NCBI GenBank assembly: GCA_900318155.1 | Contig: ONJN01000082.1 | Coordinates: 1-45,983 of the forward strand | Source: an uncultured Eubacteriales bacterium | GTDB taxonomy: Bacteria > Bacillota > Clostridia > Peptostreptococcales > Anaerovoracaceae | Length of the DNA: 45,983 bases | Direction: 5' to 3' | Shown here: piece after piece, positions 10,902 to 20,027 of the stretch | How positions within the stretch are numbered: position 1 is the stretch's first letter | How the letters are laid out: each line of letters starts with the position of its first letter | Notes under the pieces: model-generated | The model's database searches: none | The model's input: only the letters and a program-made list of their open reading frames with translations | Told to the model about the DNA's origin: nothing | Translations under genes and position numbers: made by a program

Positions 10902-11075
10902 ATGGCTTATAAGATTGATCTCGGAACTTGCATCGCATGTGGAGCATGTGAAGGTGAATGCCCGGTAGGAGCTATTTCTCAGGGAGCAGACGGATTTGTA
11001 GTTGATGAGGGTACTTGCATCGATTGCGGTTCCTGTGCTGGTGCATGTCCTGTAGGAGCTCCTTCAGAAGCATAA
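10902..11075 (+). CDS. fdx: 2[4Fe-4S] clostridial-type ferredoxin (57 aa)
   Basis: Not in ORF track. MAYKIDLGTCIACGACEGECPVGAISQGADGFVVDEGTCIDCGSCAGACPVGAPSEA has two CxxCxxCxxxCP motifs; RBS TAAGGAGGT. Confidence 0.97.
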   Translation: MAYKIDLGTCIACGACEGECPVGAISQGADGFVVDEGTCIDCGSCAGACPVGAPSEA

Positions 11076-11095
11076 TTACAGAGAATATTAAAACT

Positions 11096-11128
11096 ATAAC
11101 CGTTCCCGGATGGAACGGTTATTTTTTT
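11096..11128. terminator. Terminator between convergent fdx and rex
   Basis: ATAACCGTTCC/GGAACGGTTAT stem followed by a T run. Confidence 0.8.
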
Positions 11129-11846
11129 ATGTATTATTTTTTTCCTTTCCGCTGTCTTTTTTAGTCTGACCCGACTTGCTCTTCGCTTTTTCTTTTTCCT
11201 GCGCTTCAGCTTTTTTAATATCGTTCATATGATAGGCAAGCGCGTGGAGCGTATCTGATAAATGGACAGATTCAAGCGCCACATGCTTTGGTACCTCCAG
11301 ATCGGTCAAAGCGAAATTCCAGATCCCCTTTGCTCCGGCAAAAGACAGTTTGTCTGCTACTTCCTGAGCATTTCCTCTGTTTACGCAGATAATCCCTATA
11401 TCAATCTCATTATCCTCCACGTAATCAACAATCGTTTCATAATCCAGAATCGGCACGCCTTCCAGATTGCCGCCGATCAGTTCGGGCTTGATTTCAAATG
11501 CCGCGCATATTTTAAACCCCCGATTGATGTTCATTGCATACTTTGCAATCGCCTGTCCCAGATTTCCGGCGCCGATCAGGACCATCCGATATTCCTTGTC
11601 CAGCCCCAGAATCGCACTGATTTCCTTATAGAGTCCTTCAACACTATATCCGTATCCCTGCTGACCGAAATCCCCGAAATTATTCAGATCCTGTCTGATC
11701 TGCGAAGCGGTGTATCCTATCAGATTACTGAAATCTTTTGATGAAATTTTTTCAACGCCTTTTTTATCCAGCTCGATCAGATACCTTCTGTATCTGGGCA
11801 ACCGTCTGATTACAGCGTTAGAAATCTTGGCGTTTTTCCTTCTCAT
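11127..11846 (-). CDS. rex: Redox-sensing transcriptional repressor Rex
   Basis: IRRLPRY, SQIRQDL..FG.FGQQGYGY, Rossmann GAGNLG, GIWNF. Start 11846 has a GGAGGAGG RBS. Lys-rich tail. Confidence 0.95.
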   Translation of the reverse strand: MRRKNAKISNAVIRRLPRYRRYLIELDKKGVEKISSKDFSNLIGYTASQIRQDLNNFGDFGQQGYGYSVEGLYKEISAILGLDKEYRMVLIGAGNLGQAIAKYAMNINRGFKICAAFEIKPELIGGNLEGVPILDYETIVDYVEDNEIDIGIICVNRGNAQEVADKLSFAGAKGIWNFALTDLEVPKHVALESVHLSDTLHALAYHMNDIKKAEAQEKEKAKSKSGQTKKDSGKEKNNT

Positions 11847-11912
11847 CTTTTCCTCCTCCCGGATAGCCTGCACAGTTTGTTTTCTGAATAGAATATCTCC
11901 TCAAATATATAG

Positions 11913-11936
11913 AAAAAACCCGCCGCCGGCGGGTTC
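11913..11936 (-). terminator. Terminator after acpP
   Basis: AACCCGCCG/CGGCGGGTT stem with an A run on plus (U tract on minus). Confidence 0.7.
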
Positions 11937-11943
11937 GTCGCAC

Positions 11944-12174
11944 TTACTTGTTGATCTTGTCCACATAGTTTACCAAATCGCCGACCAGCTGAAATTTCTC
12001 AGCTTCTTCATCCGGAATCTCAATTCCGAATTCTTCTTCAATCGCCATGATGATTTCAACTGCATCCAGCGAATCCGCTTCCAGATCCTTCATCATGTTT
12101 GTATCCATCATTACCACTGATTTATCTACATCCAGCTGTTCAACGATGATGTCTCTGATTTTTTCAAAAACCAT
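11944..12174 (-). CDS. acpP: Acyl carrier protein
   Basis: 76 aa, acidic, [27 protein letters not shown] phosphopantetheine motif. Confidence 0.95.
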   Translation of the reverse strand: MVFEKIRDIIVEQLDVDKSVVMMDTNMMKDLEADSLDAVEIIMAIEEEFGIEIPDEEAEKFQLVGDLVNYVDKINK

Positions 12175-12254
12175 AACGAAACCCTCCCGTTTAATTAATA
12201 TCCTTCATTATACCGTTATTCTATAACACATTTCAAGTAAAAAACCGCAATTCA

Positions 12255-14201
12255 TTAAAGTTCTGCCCATTTTTCGTATAAATCATCAAGTTCCGCCTGT
12301 AAAATCTGTATTTTTTCATCAAAATCCGACAATTTTTTTACATCAGCAAGAATTTCCGGTTCACACATTTTTTCATGGAGCTCTTCGATCAGTTTTTCAA
12401 GTTCTTCGATCCGGTTTTCAAGTTTTTCAAGTTCTCTTTTTTGTCTTCTCTCTTCAGCCTGCTGTTTTTTTCGGCGCGCGCGCTCGTCTGCCGAAGCCGC
12501 CGGCGTGTCCTGAGACTTTTTTTCGCCGCCGAGTTCATTAAGATACTGCTTGCCGGAACCTATTTCCGCGCGCTTTTCCTCATAATAATCGTAACCACCC
12601 TCAAAACGCGTAATTCCATCATGATTCAGTTCAAAGATCTTTGTCGCCGTCTTATTGAGGAAATAACGGTCATGAGAAACCGCGATTACAGTTCCCGGAT
12701 AATCGCGAAGTGCCTCTTCAAAGACTTCTTTTGATTCGATATCAAGATGGTTAGTCGGTTCATCAAGCACCAGAACGTTGGCGCCGGACAGCATCAGTTT
12801 CAGAAGTGCGAGTCGCGCTTTTTCACCGCCGCTGAGTGATCCGACCTGTGTGAATACTTTGTCGCTTCTGAAAAGGAAACGTCCGAGTATCGATCGGAGT
12901 TCACCGTCCTTATACAATCGAAAGGAATCATGCACTTCGTCAATGACCGTCCTGGAATCGTCCAGTTCCTGCTGTCGCTGATCATAGTATCCGAGTGTAA
13001 CGTTGTGTCCCGGCCGCAGAGTTCCGGATGTCGCTTCGGCCCTGCCGGTGATAATCCGCAGAAGCGTCGTTTTACCCACGCCGTTCGGCCCGACGATGCA
13101 GATTCGCTCGCCCTTTTTAATGTCAAAGTTTACATTACTGAAAAGCTCATGATGGCCCGTTTCGTCATTAAACGATTTGGCCAGATCTTCTGCAAACAGT
13201 ACATCATACCCGCTTTTAAAATTTTGCCTGAACCGGATCGACATGGATGGACCGTCACCTTCCGGCTTTTCCAGAACGTCTGTTCTTTCCAGGCGTTTTT
13301 CTCTTGAAGCCGCCCGCTTTGCAAGTTTCTCCGTCCCACGCTCCCGGAACCGGCGAATCATGTCCTCCTGCCGGCGAATTTCTTCCTGCTGTTTGTTGTA
13401 GGCCCGAATGTCCGCCTCGCGTTGTTCACGCTTCTTCTGAGCATAAGCCGTATAATTCCCGGTATACGTTTTCAGACGGGTTCGTTCGACCTCAAAAATA
13501 CTGGTGCAGAGCTGATCCAGAAAATACCGGTCATGAGAAACCATCATTACGGTTCCGCTGTAATTTTTCAAAAACTGCTCAAGCCATTTCAGCATGCCGA
13601 TGTCGAGATGATTGGTCGGCTCGTCCAGCATCAGAACGTCCGGTTTCCGCATCAGCAGGCAGGCAAGCGCCAGACGCGTTCTTTCGCCGCCGCTCAGCAG
13701 TTCTACAGGCTTGCTGAAATAGTCTTCGTTAAAAGCCATACTGTTGAGAATTCCGCGCATTTCACTCTTATAAGCAAATCCGCCTTCCCTTGAATATTTG
13801 TCCTGCAGATTGCCGTATTTCTCCATCAGAGACTGGTATTCCGCCGTTTTATCCTGTCCTTTCGATGCCATATCGGCTATTTGCGATTCCATATCCCGCA
13901 TGTCCTGTTCCATCCGTTCAAAATCGCCGTAGATTTCATGCACTTCTTCAAGCAGTGTGCGGTCATCACGGAATTCGTCGTTTTGCCGAAGGTATCCGAC
14001 AGTAACGTCTTTAGAAAGAAAAAAGGATCCCGCATCGGCCTCCAGATCTCCGGCAAGAATGTCCATCAGCGTTGTTTTTCCCGCGCCGTTCGCACCGACG
14101 ATTCCGACTTTTTCGCCTTCGTTTACATGGAAAGATACATTATCAAGTATCACATCCGTTCCATATGCTTTTGTGATTCCGGTTGCCGATAATACGATCA
14201 T
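12255..14201 (-). CDS. ABC-F ATPase (YdiF/Uup-like ribosome-associated)
   Basis: Two ABC cassettes (GANGAGKT/LSGGE/LDEPTNHLD; GPNGVGKT/LSGGE/LDEPTNHLD), no TM helices, C-terminal coiled coil; follows tsaD. Confidence 0.92.
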   Translation of the reverse strand: MIVLSATGITKAYGTDVILDNVSFHVNEGEKVGIVGANGAGKTTLMDILAGDLEADAGSFFLSKDVTVGYLRQNDEFRDDRTLLEEVHEIYGDFERMEQDMRDMESQIADMASKGQDKTAEYQSLMEKYGNLQDKYSREGGFAYKSEMRGILNSMAFNEDYFSKPVELLSGGERTRLALACLLMRKPDVLMLDEPTNHLDIGMLKWLEQFLKNYSGTVMMVSHDRYFLDQLCTSIFEVERTRLKTYTGNYTAYAQKKREQREADIRAYNKQQEEIRRQEDMIRRFRERGTEKLAKRAASREKRLERTDVLEKPEGDGPSMSIRFRQNFKSGYDVLFAEDLAKSFNDETGHHELFSNVNFDIKKGERICIVGPNGVGKTTLLRIITGRAEATSGTLRPGHNVTLGYYDQRQQELDDSRTVIDEVHDSFRLYKDGELRSILGRFLFRSDKVFTQVGSLSGGEKARLALLKLMLSGANVLVLDEPTNHLDIESKEVFEEALRDYPGTVIAVSHDRYFLNKTATKIFELNHDGITRFEGGYDYYEEKRAEIGSGKQYLNELGGEKKSQDTPAASADERARRKKQQAEERRQKRELEKLENRIEELEKLIEELHEKMCEPEILADVKKLSDFDEKIQILQAELDDLYEKWAEL

Positions 14202-14216
14202 ACATTCTCTCCTGTG

Positions 14217-15233
14217 TTACAGCGGCAGATTGGCAAAAGCATCGAGATCCGGCCCGTCCGCGCCGTCTTTCAAATATTTATAATACGCAGCGGAGGCAAT
14301 CATCGCGCCGTTGTCTGTGCAAAGGACCGGCTCCGGTTTATAAAGCCGGAGTCCTGCCTCCCCGCAGGCTTCCTCCATCCGTCGCCTAAGCGCCGAATTG
14401 GCCGCCACGCCGCCGGCCATGACCAGATGGTCTTTGTCATACTTTAACGCCGCGTCAACAGATTTCTGCACGATCACGTCGATCAGCGCCTGCTGAAAGC
14501 TTGCTGCTATATCCGGGACACAGATCGGGCGTCCTTTCATTTTTTCCTGATTCACATAATTAATGACCTGTGTTTTGATCCCGCTGAAGCTGAAGTCAAA
14601 ACTTCCCTTTTCAAGGAATACGCGTTTAAAATGAACAGCCTCAGGATCGCCGTCCATGGCCGCTTTATCAATTTTCGGTCCGCCGGGATAGCCCAGTCCG
14701 ATCACACGGGCAACTTTGTCATAGGCCTCTCCCGCCGCGTCATCCCGGGTTTCCCCGATCAAAGTACATCGGTTATAATCCGTCACTTCTACAAGGCTCG
14801 TATGCCCGCCGGAAATGATCAGTGATAAAAATGGCGGTTCCAGTTCCGGATACTGAAGATAGTTTGCGCTGACGTGTCCGTGCATATGATTGACCCCGAC
14901 AAGCGGAATATCCGCGGCAAAAGACAGCGCTTTGGCCGTCGCGACTCCGATCACGACCGCGCCGATCAGTCCCGGTCCGTTGGTAACACCGATCAGATCA
15001 ACATCATCGTAAGAAACCTCCGCCTCCTCCATCGCGCGGTCCAGCACGGCGTTGATGTTTTCAAGATGATGCCGCGAAGCGATCTCCGGCACAACGCCTC
15101 CGTAAACCGTGTGAATATCGATCTGCGATGAAATCACGTTCGACAAAACCTTTCTGCCGTCCAAAACGACCGCAACGGCCGTCTCATCACAGCTTGTCTC
15201 AATACCCAACGTGATGAATTCTCCGTTTTTCAT
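14217..15233 (-). CDS. tsaD: tRNA t6A threonylcarbamoyltransferase TsaD
   Basis: LGIETSCDET, GGVVPEIASRHH, VNHMHGH, SGGHT, DDAAGEAYDK, CTDNGAMIA. Confidence 0.97.
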   Translation of the reverse strand: MKNGEFITLGIETSCDETAVAVVLDGRKVLSNVISSQIDIHTVYGGVVPEIASRHHLENINAVLDRAMEEAEVSYDDVDLIGVTNGPGLIGAVVIGVATAKALSFAADIPLVGVNHMHGHVSANYLQYPELEPPFLSLIISGGHTSLVEVTDYNRCTLIGETRDDAAGEAYDKVARVIGLGYPGGPKIDKAAMDGDPEAVHFKRVFLEKGSFDFSFSGIKTQVINYVNQEKMKGRPICVPDIAASFQQALIDVIVQKSVDAALKYDKDHLVMAGGVAANSALRRRMEEACGEAGLRLYKPEPVLCTDNGAMIASAAYYKYLKDGADGPDLDAFANLPL

Positions 15234-15244
15234 AAATAGCCTTT

Positions 15245-15748
15245 CTACGATTTCATCGCCGGATCTGCATCGCCCGGGTCTCCGATGCGCAGCATCATCA
15301 CCGCGTCTTCATCGCCGTAGTACTTTACTCTTCTTCCGTTTTCCATAAATCCGAAAATGCTGTAAAGGCCGATGGCCGCACTATTGCTTTCCCGAACTTC
15401 CAGATAGTGACTCTGTACGCCGCACTGCTCCGTGATGTGAATCATGGCCTGCATCAGGATCGCCGCGATTCTCGTTCCACGATAATCCGGATGGACGGCA
15501 ATCCGCCGCACGTCGCACTCATCCATAACGACCTGCACGTCGATGTAACCGATCACTTTATTGTTGCTGACGGCAACGATCACGGTCACGGTCTCATTAA
15601 ACTCGATGTTGTGCAGGATCGTTTCTTTCAGCCATGGCTCCGCAAACGACTTCAGTTCAATTTCTTCAATATCATCTGCGTCTCTTGATGTAGCGTTTCT
15701 GATAATCAATTCCGCAATCATGAATCTGTTCTTCTCCTCAATACTCAT
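15245..15748 (-). CDS. rimI: Ribosomal protein alanine N-acetyltransferase (GNAT)
   Basis: IAVHPDYRG, LEVRESNSAAIGLY..FGF, RVKYY; between tsaB and tsaD. Alternative start at 15721. Confidence 0.88.
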   Translation of the reverse strand: MSIEEKNRFMIAELIIRNATSRDADDIEEIELKSFAEPWLKETILHNIEFNETVTVIVAVSNNKVIGYIDVQVVMDECDVRRIAVHPDYRGTRIAAILMQAMIHITEQCGVQSHYLEVRESNSAAIGLYSIFGFMENGRRVKYYGDEDAVMMLRIGDPGDADPAMKS

Positions 15749-16485
15749 TTATTCTTAATAAACCGGGCCATCTTTCTTTCTCGCGCTCTGGCCAGCGATC
15801 CATCCTCCAGTCTCTGTTCCGCTTCTGTTTTTCGCATATAATCAGGCAGCAGTTCGTTCACCGCGCAGGTCTCCCCTCCGCAGATCATCCCGGCTGCCGC
15901 GAAGGCCGTCATCTCTGCGGTCTGATACCGTTTTTCTTTATCCGCAAAACGTCTTCCCGCAAGGAAACGGCCATATTTTTCATGTTCAGCGTAAGCATCG
16001 ATCCCGTCGCCGTAAAAAACCGGATCGATACCCTCATCATCCACGGCCGCCGTGACATCTTCCAGCATATACGCGCCGGGAGGAAGAACTTCCCCGCCGT
16101 CTTCACCGAAAACCGCTCCGTATACCTGACCCCTCCGCGCGTTGAAAATCACTGCAGCCGGCCGACCCTTCCCGCAGTTCAGGCGAAAAAGATCCAGTGT
16201 CCCGACCCGCAGACACGGAACAGCCAGTGCCTGCGCGATCGCCCTCGCAGTGGATACGCCGATCCGGATGCCCGTATAAGACCCCGGTCCAACCGAAGCC
16301 GCGACAAAATCGATCTGATTCTTTTTAATGCCTGCTTCTTCCGTAACCTCCCGGACCATCGGCGCAAGGTTCTTCAGATGCGCCCGGTTTTCTGCCGTTT
16401 CCCGGCTGATCACCACGCCGCTTTCCGTATCATAGAGCGCGGCCGATCCGATTGGTCCGGTCGTATCGATCGCTAAAATGTACAT
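15745..16485 (-). CDS. tsaB: t6A biosynthesis protein TsaB
   Basis: ILAIDTT, GPGSYTGIRIG, ARRGQVY, P.Y.R. Confidence 0.93.
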   Translation of the reverse strand: MYILAIDTTGPIGSAALYDTESGVVISRETAENRAHLKNLAPMVREVTEEAGIKKNQIDFVAASVGPGSYTGIRIGVSTARAIAQALAVPCLRVGTLDLFRLNCGKGRPAAVIFNARRGQVYGAVFGEDGGEVLPPGAYMLEDVTAAVDDEGIDPVFYGDGIDAYAEHEKYGRFLAGRRFADKEKRYQTAEMTAFAAAGMICGGETCAVNELLPDYMRKTEAEQRLEDGSLARARERKMARFIKNK

Positions 16486-16892
16486 TTATATACACGCTCG
16501 CTTTCATGTTCACCGTATTCGATGAAAATCACCTTTGTTTCATCCGGCAGCACCTCCGCGACCCGGTCTGCCCATTCAATTACACAGATGCCGCCCGCGT
16601 CAAAATACTCCTCCGCGCCGATATCGGTCAAATCCGCGCCGGATTCCAGCCTGTACACATCAAAATGATAAAGCGGAATCCGCCCCGTATCGTATTCCCG
16701 AACGATTGTGAACGTCGGGCTTGTGATTCTCCCGCAGACGCCGAGCCCGCGCGCGATAGCCTTTGTCAGCGTTGTCTTCCCTGTTCCGAGATCCCCGACC
16801 AGCGCCAGCACATCGCCCGGCTTCAGCTGATCCGCCAGCTCCAGCCCGAACTTTTCCGTATCTTTTTCATTTTTAATGTAAACAGTCCTCAT
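16473..16892 (-). CDS. tsaE: t6A biosynthesis ATPase TsaE
   Basis: GDLGTGKTT, TSPTFTIV, YHFDVYRL, VIEWA. Confidence 0.96.
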   Translation of the reverse strand: MRTVYIKNEKDTEKFGLELADQLKPGDVLALVGDLGTGKTTLTKAIARGLGVCGRITSPTFTIVREYDTGRIPLYHFDVYRLESGADLTDIGAEEYFDAGGICVIEWADRVAEVLPDETKVIFIEYGEHESERVYKCTF

Positions 16893-16980
16893 AATCGTTC
16901 CCCGCGTGACCGCGTTAAGCGCAGTCCGCGCGCCCCTCTTTCAGCCGCTTCCGGCCAGCCCGCAGTCCGTTCCGATCTCA

Positions 16981-18429
16981 TTAATCTCCGTCAAAGACAA
17001 AACTGCTGCTGCTCATCCTGTATATCACATCGGTGTAAATCCTGATCATCTGACAAAACCGCTCCACCGACAATTTTTCATTCTTCTGATGCATACAGTT
17101 CGGATCGCCCGGGAAAAGTCCGCCAAAAGCAGCCACATTCGGACAGGCCTTAGCATAGGTCGCCCCGCCCGTCGCGATCGGTGCCGTCTCCAGATCACCT
17201 GTGTTCTCGCGGTAGACATTCATCAGCATCTGTATAAAGCGGCCTTCCGGATCGAAATAAAGCGGCCTCTCGCTCCGTCCTTTGACGACGCCCACCTGAT
17301 ATTCATCGACAAAAGGCATCAGTTTTTCATAAAGTTCCTCTTTGTTGAAAGTAACCGGAAAACGTACATCGCAGCTCACCGACAAAACGTTTCCGTCAAA
17401 GCGTACCACGCCCGTATTCAGCGTAAGCGCCCCGGACCGTTCGTCGCTGCAGGCGACCCCGAGACCGCTGCCGTCCGTTGTAAAGCCAATCTTCTTGTTG
17501 TAAAAATCAATAAACTCGTTCAGTTTTTCATCGGCAAAACACAGTCTGCCCAGGAAATCAAACAGAATCGAAACCGCGTTGATTCCCCTTTCCGGCGCCG
17601 AGCCGTGGGCTGCCCGGCCGGCTGCTGTGATTTCCAGCGAAGCACCGGCCCGTCTGATTTTTACTTCTCTTCCGGTTTCTTTTTTATATGCTTCCGCAGT
17701 TTCTTCTATTCTATCATAATACTTCCGGTCCGGATGATTTACAAGCGCCCGGCCATTTTCCGGCACGATGTTGAACGCCTGACTGCCGCTCATTTTCCGC
17801 AGCGTCAGACCGTTTTTGTCCTGGTTTCCGATCATCTTCGCGATCTCAAAAACCATCATGCCTTTTTCCGCGTAAATGACCGGGAAGTCACTGTCCGGCG
17901 TGATCCCGAAATCCGGCGCCTTGACACGATCCAGATAATACTCCATTCCGGACCAGTCCGTCTCTTCATCAAGGCCGATGATCATACGGATCCGGCGGTC
18001 CGGCTCATATCCGGCGTCTTTCAGCGATTTCATGGCAAAGAGCGCTGCAGTCAGCGGCCCTTTGTCATCCGTCGTTCCTCTTCCGAGGATAAACCCGTCT
18101 TTGACCTCTCCGCTGAATGGTTCAAAATCCCATTCACCGCCTTCCGGCACAACGTCCAGATGACCTACAATGCCGACGGTTTCTTCACCCGATCCGAAAT
18201 CGATGTGTCCACCATAGTTGTCGATATTCTCCGTCACGAACCCGAACTCTTCCGCTTCAGAAAGAAAACACGAAAAAGCATCCTGCACGCCTTTCCCGAA
18301 CGGAAAAACTTCGCCGGTACCGGTTGTTACAGGATCTTCCTTCACACTTCTTATTGAAACAAGTTTACCAAGAGTATCGATAGCCCGGACTTCATTTGCT
18401 GCAATATATTTCTCAAAGTCCTTTTTCAC
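16981..18429 (-). CDS. pepV: M20 dipeptidase PepV
   Basis: GHLDVVP, GRGTTDDKGP, DEE, AHGSAPERG, GGATYAK, HQKNE. Confidence 0.9.
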   Translation of the reverse strand: MKKDFEKYIAANEVRAIDTLGKLVSIRSVKEDPVTTGTGEVFPFGKGVQDAFSCFLSEAEEFGFVTENIDNYGGHIDFGSGEETVGIVGHLDVVPEGGEWDFEPFSGEVKDGFILGRGTTDDKGPLTAALFAMKSLKDAGYEPDRRIRMIIGLDEETDWSGMEYYLDRVKAPDFGITPDSDFPVIYAEKGMMVFEIAKMIGNQDKNGLTLRKMSGSQAFNIVPENGRALVNHPDRKYYDRIEETAEAYKKETGREVKIRRAGASLEITAAGRAAHGSAPERGINAVSILFDFLGRLCFADEKLNEFIDFYNKKIGFTTDGSGLGVACSDERSGALTLNTGVVRFDGNVLSVSCDVRFPVTFNKEELYEKLMPFVDEYQVGVVKGRSERPLYFDPEGRFIQMLMNVYRENTGDLETAPIATGGATYAKACPNVAAFGGLFPGDPNCMHQKNEKLSVERFCQMIRIYTDVIYRMSSSSFVFDGD

Positions 18430-18486
18430 GATTTTTCTCCTGTCAAACGATACCCGCCGCGCTGCGGGTACCGGTGTCCGCCCTTC

Positions 18487-18717
18487 TTACTGAACAGCTT
18501 CAACACCCTTCAACTCCGGAATAGATTCTCTCAGAATCTGTTCTACGATCATTTTCAGTGTCATCTGCGCGCCCGGGCACCCGGCGCAGTGTCCCTGCAG
18601 TCTTACCTTGACGACATTGTCCTCCGTCATTTCCACAAATTCAATATCACCACCGTCTCTCTGAAGAACCGGTCTGATCTTTGTCAGCGCTTCCTGAATT
18701 TTTTCTGTATTCGACAT
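18487..18717 (-). CDS. NifU C-terminal domain (Nfu-type) Fe-S carrier
   Basis: IRPVLQRDGGDIE..VRLQGHCAGCP; start MSNTEK at 18717 after an AAGGAA RBS. Confidence 0.92.
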   Translation of the reverse strand: MSNTEKIQEALTKIRPVLQRDGGDIEFVEMTEDNVVKVRLQGHCAGCPGAQMTLKMIVEQILRESIPELKGVEAVQ

Positions 18718-18903
18718 AATTACTTTCCTTTCGATGCTTTCCTTATTCAATAATAACATCCGTTTTTGTATAATGATTTTTATATAATGATTTATGATTA
18801 TACTGACACCCGATGTCCCCGCCTTTATAAACGGCGGGGTTTATTCCTGCCCTTTATATACCCGTCAAAGCCATTGTCAAACCAAACAGATATATACCTT
18901 GTC

Positions 18904-18932
18904 ATTATACTCATTTTTGCGCAAAATGTAAA
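18904..18932 (-). promoter_or_regulatory. SigA promoter pointing toward the NifU-domain gene
   Basis: TTTACA(18932-18927)-17 bp-TATAAT(18909-18904). Confidence 0.6.
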
Positions 18933-19129
18933 ATTAAAAATGTAAAAAATGTTTTTAGTTAAAAGGGCAGGGGTATAATATCTTTGTCAACGAAGCCAGA
19001 CTGTCAGCTGAATCAGACCGGCTTTGGCCGCGCAAAAAGCTGCTGATATGGCTGCCGGTCAGAGACTTGCACATAGGGCTGCTGAAATGGCTTCTGACCA
19101 GACTACACATAAAGCTGCTGATAAAAGAA

Positions 19130-19160
19130 TTGACAATCAACGGTGTTCGTGTGTTATAAT
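19130..19160 (+). promoter_or_regulatory. Promoter of reverse rubrerythrin
   Basis: TTGACA(19130-19135)-19 bp-TATAAT(19155-19160), with extended TGn. Confidence 0.6.
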
Positions 19161-19216
19161 TTAAAAATATTTTATTTGCATATTCTGAAATACATTTAAT
19201 AAGAGGAGGAACAATT

Positions 19217-19756
19217 ATGAAATGGGTTTGTACAATTTGCGGTTATACTGCTGAAGGTCCGGAACCACCAGCTGCATGTCCACAGTGCAAGGCACCTGCA
19301 GAGAAGTTCAATAAGGTAGAAGAAGGTGCCGGATTTGCCGATGAGCATGTTGTAGGCGTTGCGCAGGGCGTTGATCCTACAATCATCGAGGATCTGAGAA
19401 ACAATTTCAACGGAGAGTGTTCCGAGGTTGGTATGTATCTCGCTATGGCAAGAGTTGCTTTCAGAGAAGGATATCCTGAAATCGGACTCTATTGGGAAAA
19501 GGCTGCTTATGAAGAAGCAGAGCATGCGGCAAAATTTGCTGAACTTCTGGGTGAAGTACTTACTGACTCCACTAAGAAGAACCTTGAGATGAGATTTGAA
19601 GCAGAAGCAGGCGCCTGCGCAGGCAAGAAGGACCTCGCAGTAAGAGCCAAAGAGCAGAACCTCGACGCAATCCATGACACAGTTCATGAAATGGCTAAGG
19701 ATGAGGCCCGTCACGGCGCTGCTTTCAAGGGATTCCTCGACAGATATTTCAAATAG
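19217..19756 (+). CDS. Reverse rubrerythrin (NADH peroxidase, Rbr3-type)
   Basis: N-terminal rubredoxin [12 protein letters not shown] followed by a di-iron domain ([24 protein letters not shown]); RBS GAGGAGG. Confidence 0.93.
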   Translation: MKWVCTICGYTAEGPEPPAACPQCKAPAEKFNKVEEGAGFADEHVVGVAQGVDPTIIEDLRNNFNGECSEVGMYLAMARVAFREGYPEIGLYWEKAAYEEAEHAAKFAELLGEVLTDSTKKNLEMRFEAEAGACAGKKDLAVRAKEQNLDAIHDTVHEMAKDEARHGAAFKGFLDRYFK

Positions 19757-19815
19757 TCGAGATATCAACTGTATCTGAATACAAATATCTTAAATGAAAA
19801 GCGGAAACATCAATC

Positions 19816-19885
19816 CAGGCGTCTCGCCTGCCGTGGACGGTAAATTCCGAGTCGGGCGGCCTCGCCTGCTGGAGACGGTAAATTC
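19816..19885 (+). repeat. Two-copy imperfect direct repeat (~32 bp) in the rubrerythrin 3' region
   Basis: CAGGCGTCTCGCCTGCCGTGGACGGTAAATTC (19816-19847) and CGGGCGGCCTCGCCTGCTGGAGACGGTAAATTC (19853-19885). Confidence 0.7.
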
Positions 19886-19889
19886 GCTC

Positions 19890-19920
19890 AGGAGCTGTTG
19901 AATAAAACAGCTCCTTTTTA
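19890..19920 (+). terminator. Terminator after rubrerythrin
   Basis: AGGAGCTGTT/AACAGCTCCT stem followed by T run. Confidence 0.8.
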
Positions 19921-20027
19921 TTTACCCGGATCGTCCCGGCGCCGCGAAGATTATCGCTGCGAATTTGGAGCAGCGAAAAGGATACGACGCGTCCGGTTCC
20001 GCCGCTGCAGCTTTTATCCGACGTTCG

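Noticed and set aside
16906-18357. 483-aa plus-strand ORF
   Set aside because: Antisense shadow of pepV.
18817-18839. CCCCGCC..GGCGGGG hairpin resembling an IS200/IS605 end
   Set aside because: No tnpA/tnpB remnant or matching other end nearby; treated as part of the NifU leader instead.
19196-19768. 190-aa minus-strand ORF
   Set aside because: Antisense to the reverse rubrerythrin.
19036-19885. Possible mini-CRISPR from the repeats flanking rubrerythrin
   Set aside because: Only 2-3 degenerate copies, no repeat-spacer structure and no cas genes.
19925-19939. CCCGGATCG(T/C)CCCGG here and at 35778-35792, a possible REP-like element
   Set aside because: Only two 15-bp GC-rich copies; not distinguishable from chance without a genome-wide count.
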